This document shows, piece by piece, positions 62,094 to 64,000 of a stretch of 64,000 bases of DNA. The notes under the pieces are model-generated. The model was not told where the DNA came from and did no database searches. It saw only the letters and a program-made list of their open reading frames with translations. Position numbers and translations under genes: made by a program. Source of the DNA: Candidatus Oxydemutatoraceae bacterium (GTDB lineage: Bacteria; Pseudomonadota; Gammaproteobacteria; Poriferisulfidales; Oxydemutatoraceae); NCBI GenBank assembly GCA_965219575.1, contig OZ244779.1:652769-716768 (forward strand), given 5' to 3'. How positions within the stretch are numbered: the stretch's first letter is position 1; each line of letters opens with the position of its first letter.

Positions 62094-63464
62094 TTAAGGT
62101 GCTTCTCTTAGCTTGCGCTCAATACACTGAATCATCATACCCGCTATGTCTTTTTCAGTGATAGATTCAATTCCTTCCAATCCAGGAGAGGAGTTTATCT
62201 CCAAAACTTTGGGTCCGGACTTAGAGCGTATGATGTCAACACCTGCCACTTGAAGCCCCATAGCTTTAGCAGCATTTACTGCTATTTTACGCTCTTCTGC
62301 GGTAATCTTGACAAAACTTGCAGATCCACCAAGATGAAGGTTGGCACGAAACTCTCCTGCCGCAGCCTCACGCTGAATGGAACCAACTACCTTACCATCT
62401 ATAATAAAACATCGTAAATCCTTGCCATCCGCTTCTTTAATAAACTCTTGAGCTAAAATATTGGCTCGTAAGCTCTTGAAGGCATTGATCACACTTTCTG
62501 CAGCCTTCGCTGTTTCAGCCAGCACTACGCCTTTTCCCTGTGTTCCCTCTAATAGCTTGATTACCAAAGGGGCACCGCCTACCATTTTAATAATATCAGA
62601 AGTATCCATCGGAGAATTTGCAAAGCCTGTTGTCGGCATAGGAACTCCTTTGGTAGATAGTAGCTGCAACGAGCGTAGCTTGTCGCGTGATCGGGAAATG
62701 GAAACTGAATCGTTCAGGCAGTAGGCTCCGGTAGATTGAAACTGACGAGCAACAGCGCAGCCATAAAATGTCATTGAAGGTTTAATGCGTGGGATAATAG
62801 CATCTACATCATCTAATAGCTGACCTCCACGATAATGCACTTCCGGTCTGTCTGAGCTGATGTTCATGTAACACTGACTGATGTTTACAAAGCGCATTTC
62901 GTGACCACGCTCCTCACCTGCTTCAATTAAACGTTTGTTCGAATAAAGCTCCGGGTTGCTGGCAAGCACTATAATACGCAGACCGTTTTCTCTTGGCTTT
63001 ACCGTACCATAATGTTTTTTCACTTCATCGGTGGAAACCGTACCAAGACAGAAAGAACTATCCGGATCGATTAATACGCGATTAGTCATCGCTTCACGCC
63101 CGATAAGCATACGATAACCCATTGGGTCACGGTTAGTGAGCGTGACTTCAATTTCCCATGTTTCATTACCGAGCGTAATTGGTGTTTTGATAACCGGGCG
63201 ACGCTCTTTATCGCCACTTGAGTTTTTTACCTCACGTTTATCAACGACCAAACCACGGCAGCTTTGAATGGTTTTACGGTCATTCTGAATAGGATGGATG
63301 TCAAAATGCACATAGCGTTTCCCATCTTCCTCAAACTGATGGATATTAAATGCGTGTAGTGATGATGTTTTAGCTCCCGAGTCCACCCGTGCTTTAATCG
63401 CCGGCAGTCCCAGCTCGTTCAGTCCGCACCACTCTTCCTTTCCTATTATAATTTTGTTCGTCAT
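62094..63464 (-). CDS. rimK: RimK ATP-grasp ligase fused to N-terminal RimK/LysX-associated putative protease domain
   Basis: [14 protein letters not shown], then [25 protein letters not shown]. Confidence 0.93.
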   Translation of the reverse strand: MTNKIIIGKEEWCGLNELGLPAIKARVDSGAKTSSLHAFNIHQFEEDGKRYVHFDIHPIQNDRKTIQSCRGLVVDKREVKNSSGDKERRPVIKTPITLGNETWEIEVTLTNRDPMGYRMLIGREAMTNRVLIDPDSSFCLGTVSTDEVKKHYGTVKPRENGLRIIVLASNPELYSNKRLIEAGEERGHEMRFVNISQCYMNISSDRPEVHYRGGQLLDDVDAIIPRIKPSMTFYGCAVARQFQSTGAYCLNDSVSISRSRDKLRSLQLLSTKGVPMPTTGFANSPMDTSDIIKMVGGAPLVIKLLEGTQGKGVVLAETAKAAESVINAFKSLRANILAQEFIKEADGKDLRCFIIDGKVVGSIQREAAAGEFRANLHLGGSASFVKITAEERKIAVNAAKAMGLQVAGVDIIRSKSGPKVLEINSSPGLEGIESITEKDIAGMMIQCIERKLREAP

Positions 63465-63478
63465 ATCCTATCTCATTA

Positions 63479-64000
63479 TTATGGTTTTACCGGCTCTAGA
63501 TTCTCATCAAGAAAATCATCAACCTGTTCTTTTACTTCTCTGGAATTGTCAAAGGATGCTATGTGAAAAACAGCATCGCCTCTATTGAGCAATGGCATCG
63601 TGACGGCACCAATGATGATACCCGTACAACTTGCTCTGATTTCCGCCTTGTTAACACCGAAAGGATCTGAAATAACCCCGAGCAACTGACCTTTCGTGAC
63701 CCTGTTTCCAATATATTTGATTTGTCTCAAACTCCCACTCTGTGGAGCACGAATCCATGTACTGGATAAAGCAATAAAAAGTTGATCATCTTCGGCTTTT
63801 TTCCCCTTATCAAAATCAATCATGCCGATTTCATTCATGAGTGTTAGGATGCCGTTAAGGCCGGATTTGATGACATGCTCATCATGACGCAGTGCTTCGC
63901 CTCCTTCAAATAAAAGTATTGGGATTTTGCGCTCTCTCGCAGCCTCACGCAATGAGCCGTCGGGCAGTTTGGAATTAATCATCACCGGTACGTTAAAGGC
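63479..64000 (-). CDS. Succinylglutamate desuccinylase/aspartoacylase family protein, C-terminal part
   Basis: GSLREAA, FEGGEALR, biotinyl-like tail; usual rimK neighbour; truncated by window edge. Confidence 0.88.
   Translation of the reverse strand, partial: AFNVPVMINSKLPDGSLREAARERKIPILLFEGGEALRHDEHVIKSGLNGILTLMNEIGMIDFDKGKKAEDDQLFIALSSTWIRAPQSGSLRQIKYIGNRVTKGQLLGVISDPFGVNKAEIRASCTGIIIGAVTMPLLNRGDAVFHIASFDNSREVKEQVDDFLDENLEPVKP

Noticed and set aside
62094-63464. Protease-RimK fusion as a novelty
   Set aside because: This fusion and the neighbouring desuccinylase-family gene are a known, widespread arrangement.

Overview
Gammaproteobacterial chromosome segment, probably from a sulfur-oxidising and possibly host-associated lineage (inference from soeABC, a Cys-less DsrC/TusE homologue, cysQ, repeat load and broken operons). 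Housekeeping blocks are hemCD, metXW, trxA, tsaD-yggT-proC, ndk-rlmN-rodZ-hisS-yfgM-bamB-der, ftsYE, hmuUV, katG and rimK. They are separated by about ten copies of a modular non-autonomous element with GGGGCTGTTGAAAA terminal inverted repeats, 4-6 bp target duplications and shuffled REP-like cargo. A 13-kb defence island is a type I RM locus in which a HEPN toxin gene precedes an HsdS fused to an intact MNT antitoxin domain. A DUF4917/SIR2-like gene and an ABC-three-component (Lamassu-like) cassette bounded by 48-bp direct repeats lie between hsdS and hsdR, and hsdR is split by an IS1202-like element. A shrunken tnpB, interrupted by an IS3/IS407-group element, is bracketed by a perfect 22-bp inverted repeat that would make its predicted guide target its own upstream region. 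Two tRNAs are present (Val-CAC, Lys-TTT). All calls come from motif recognition by eye; no database search was run.
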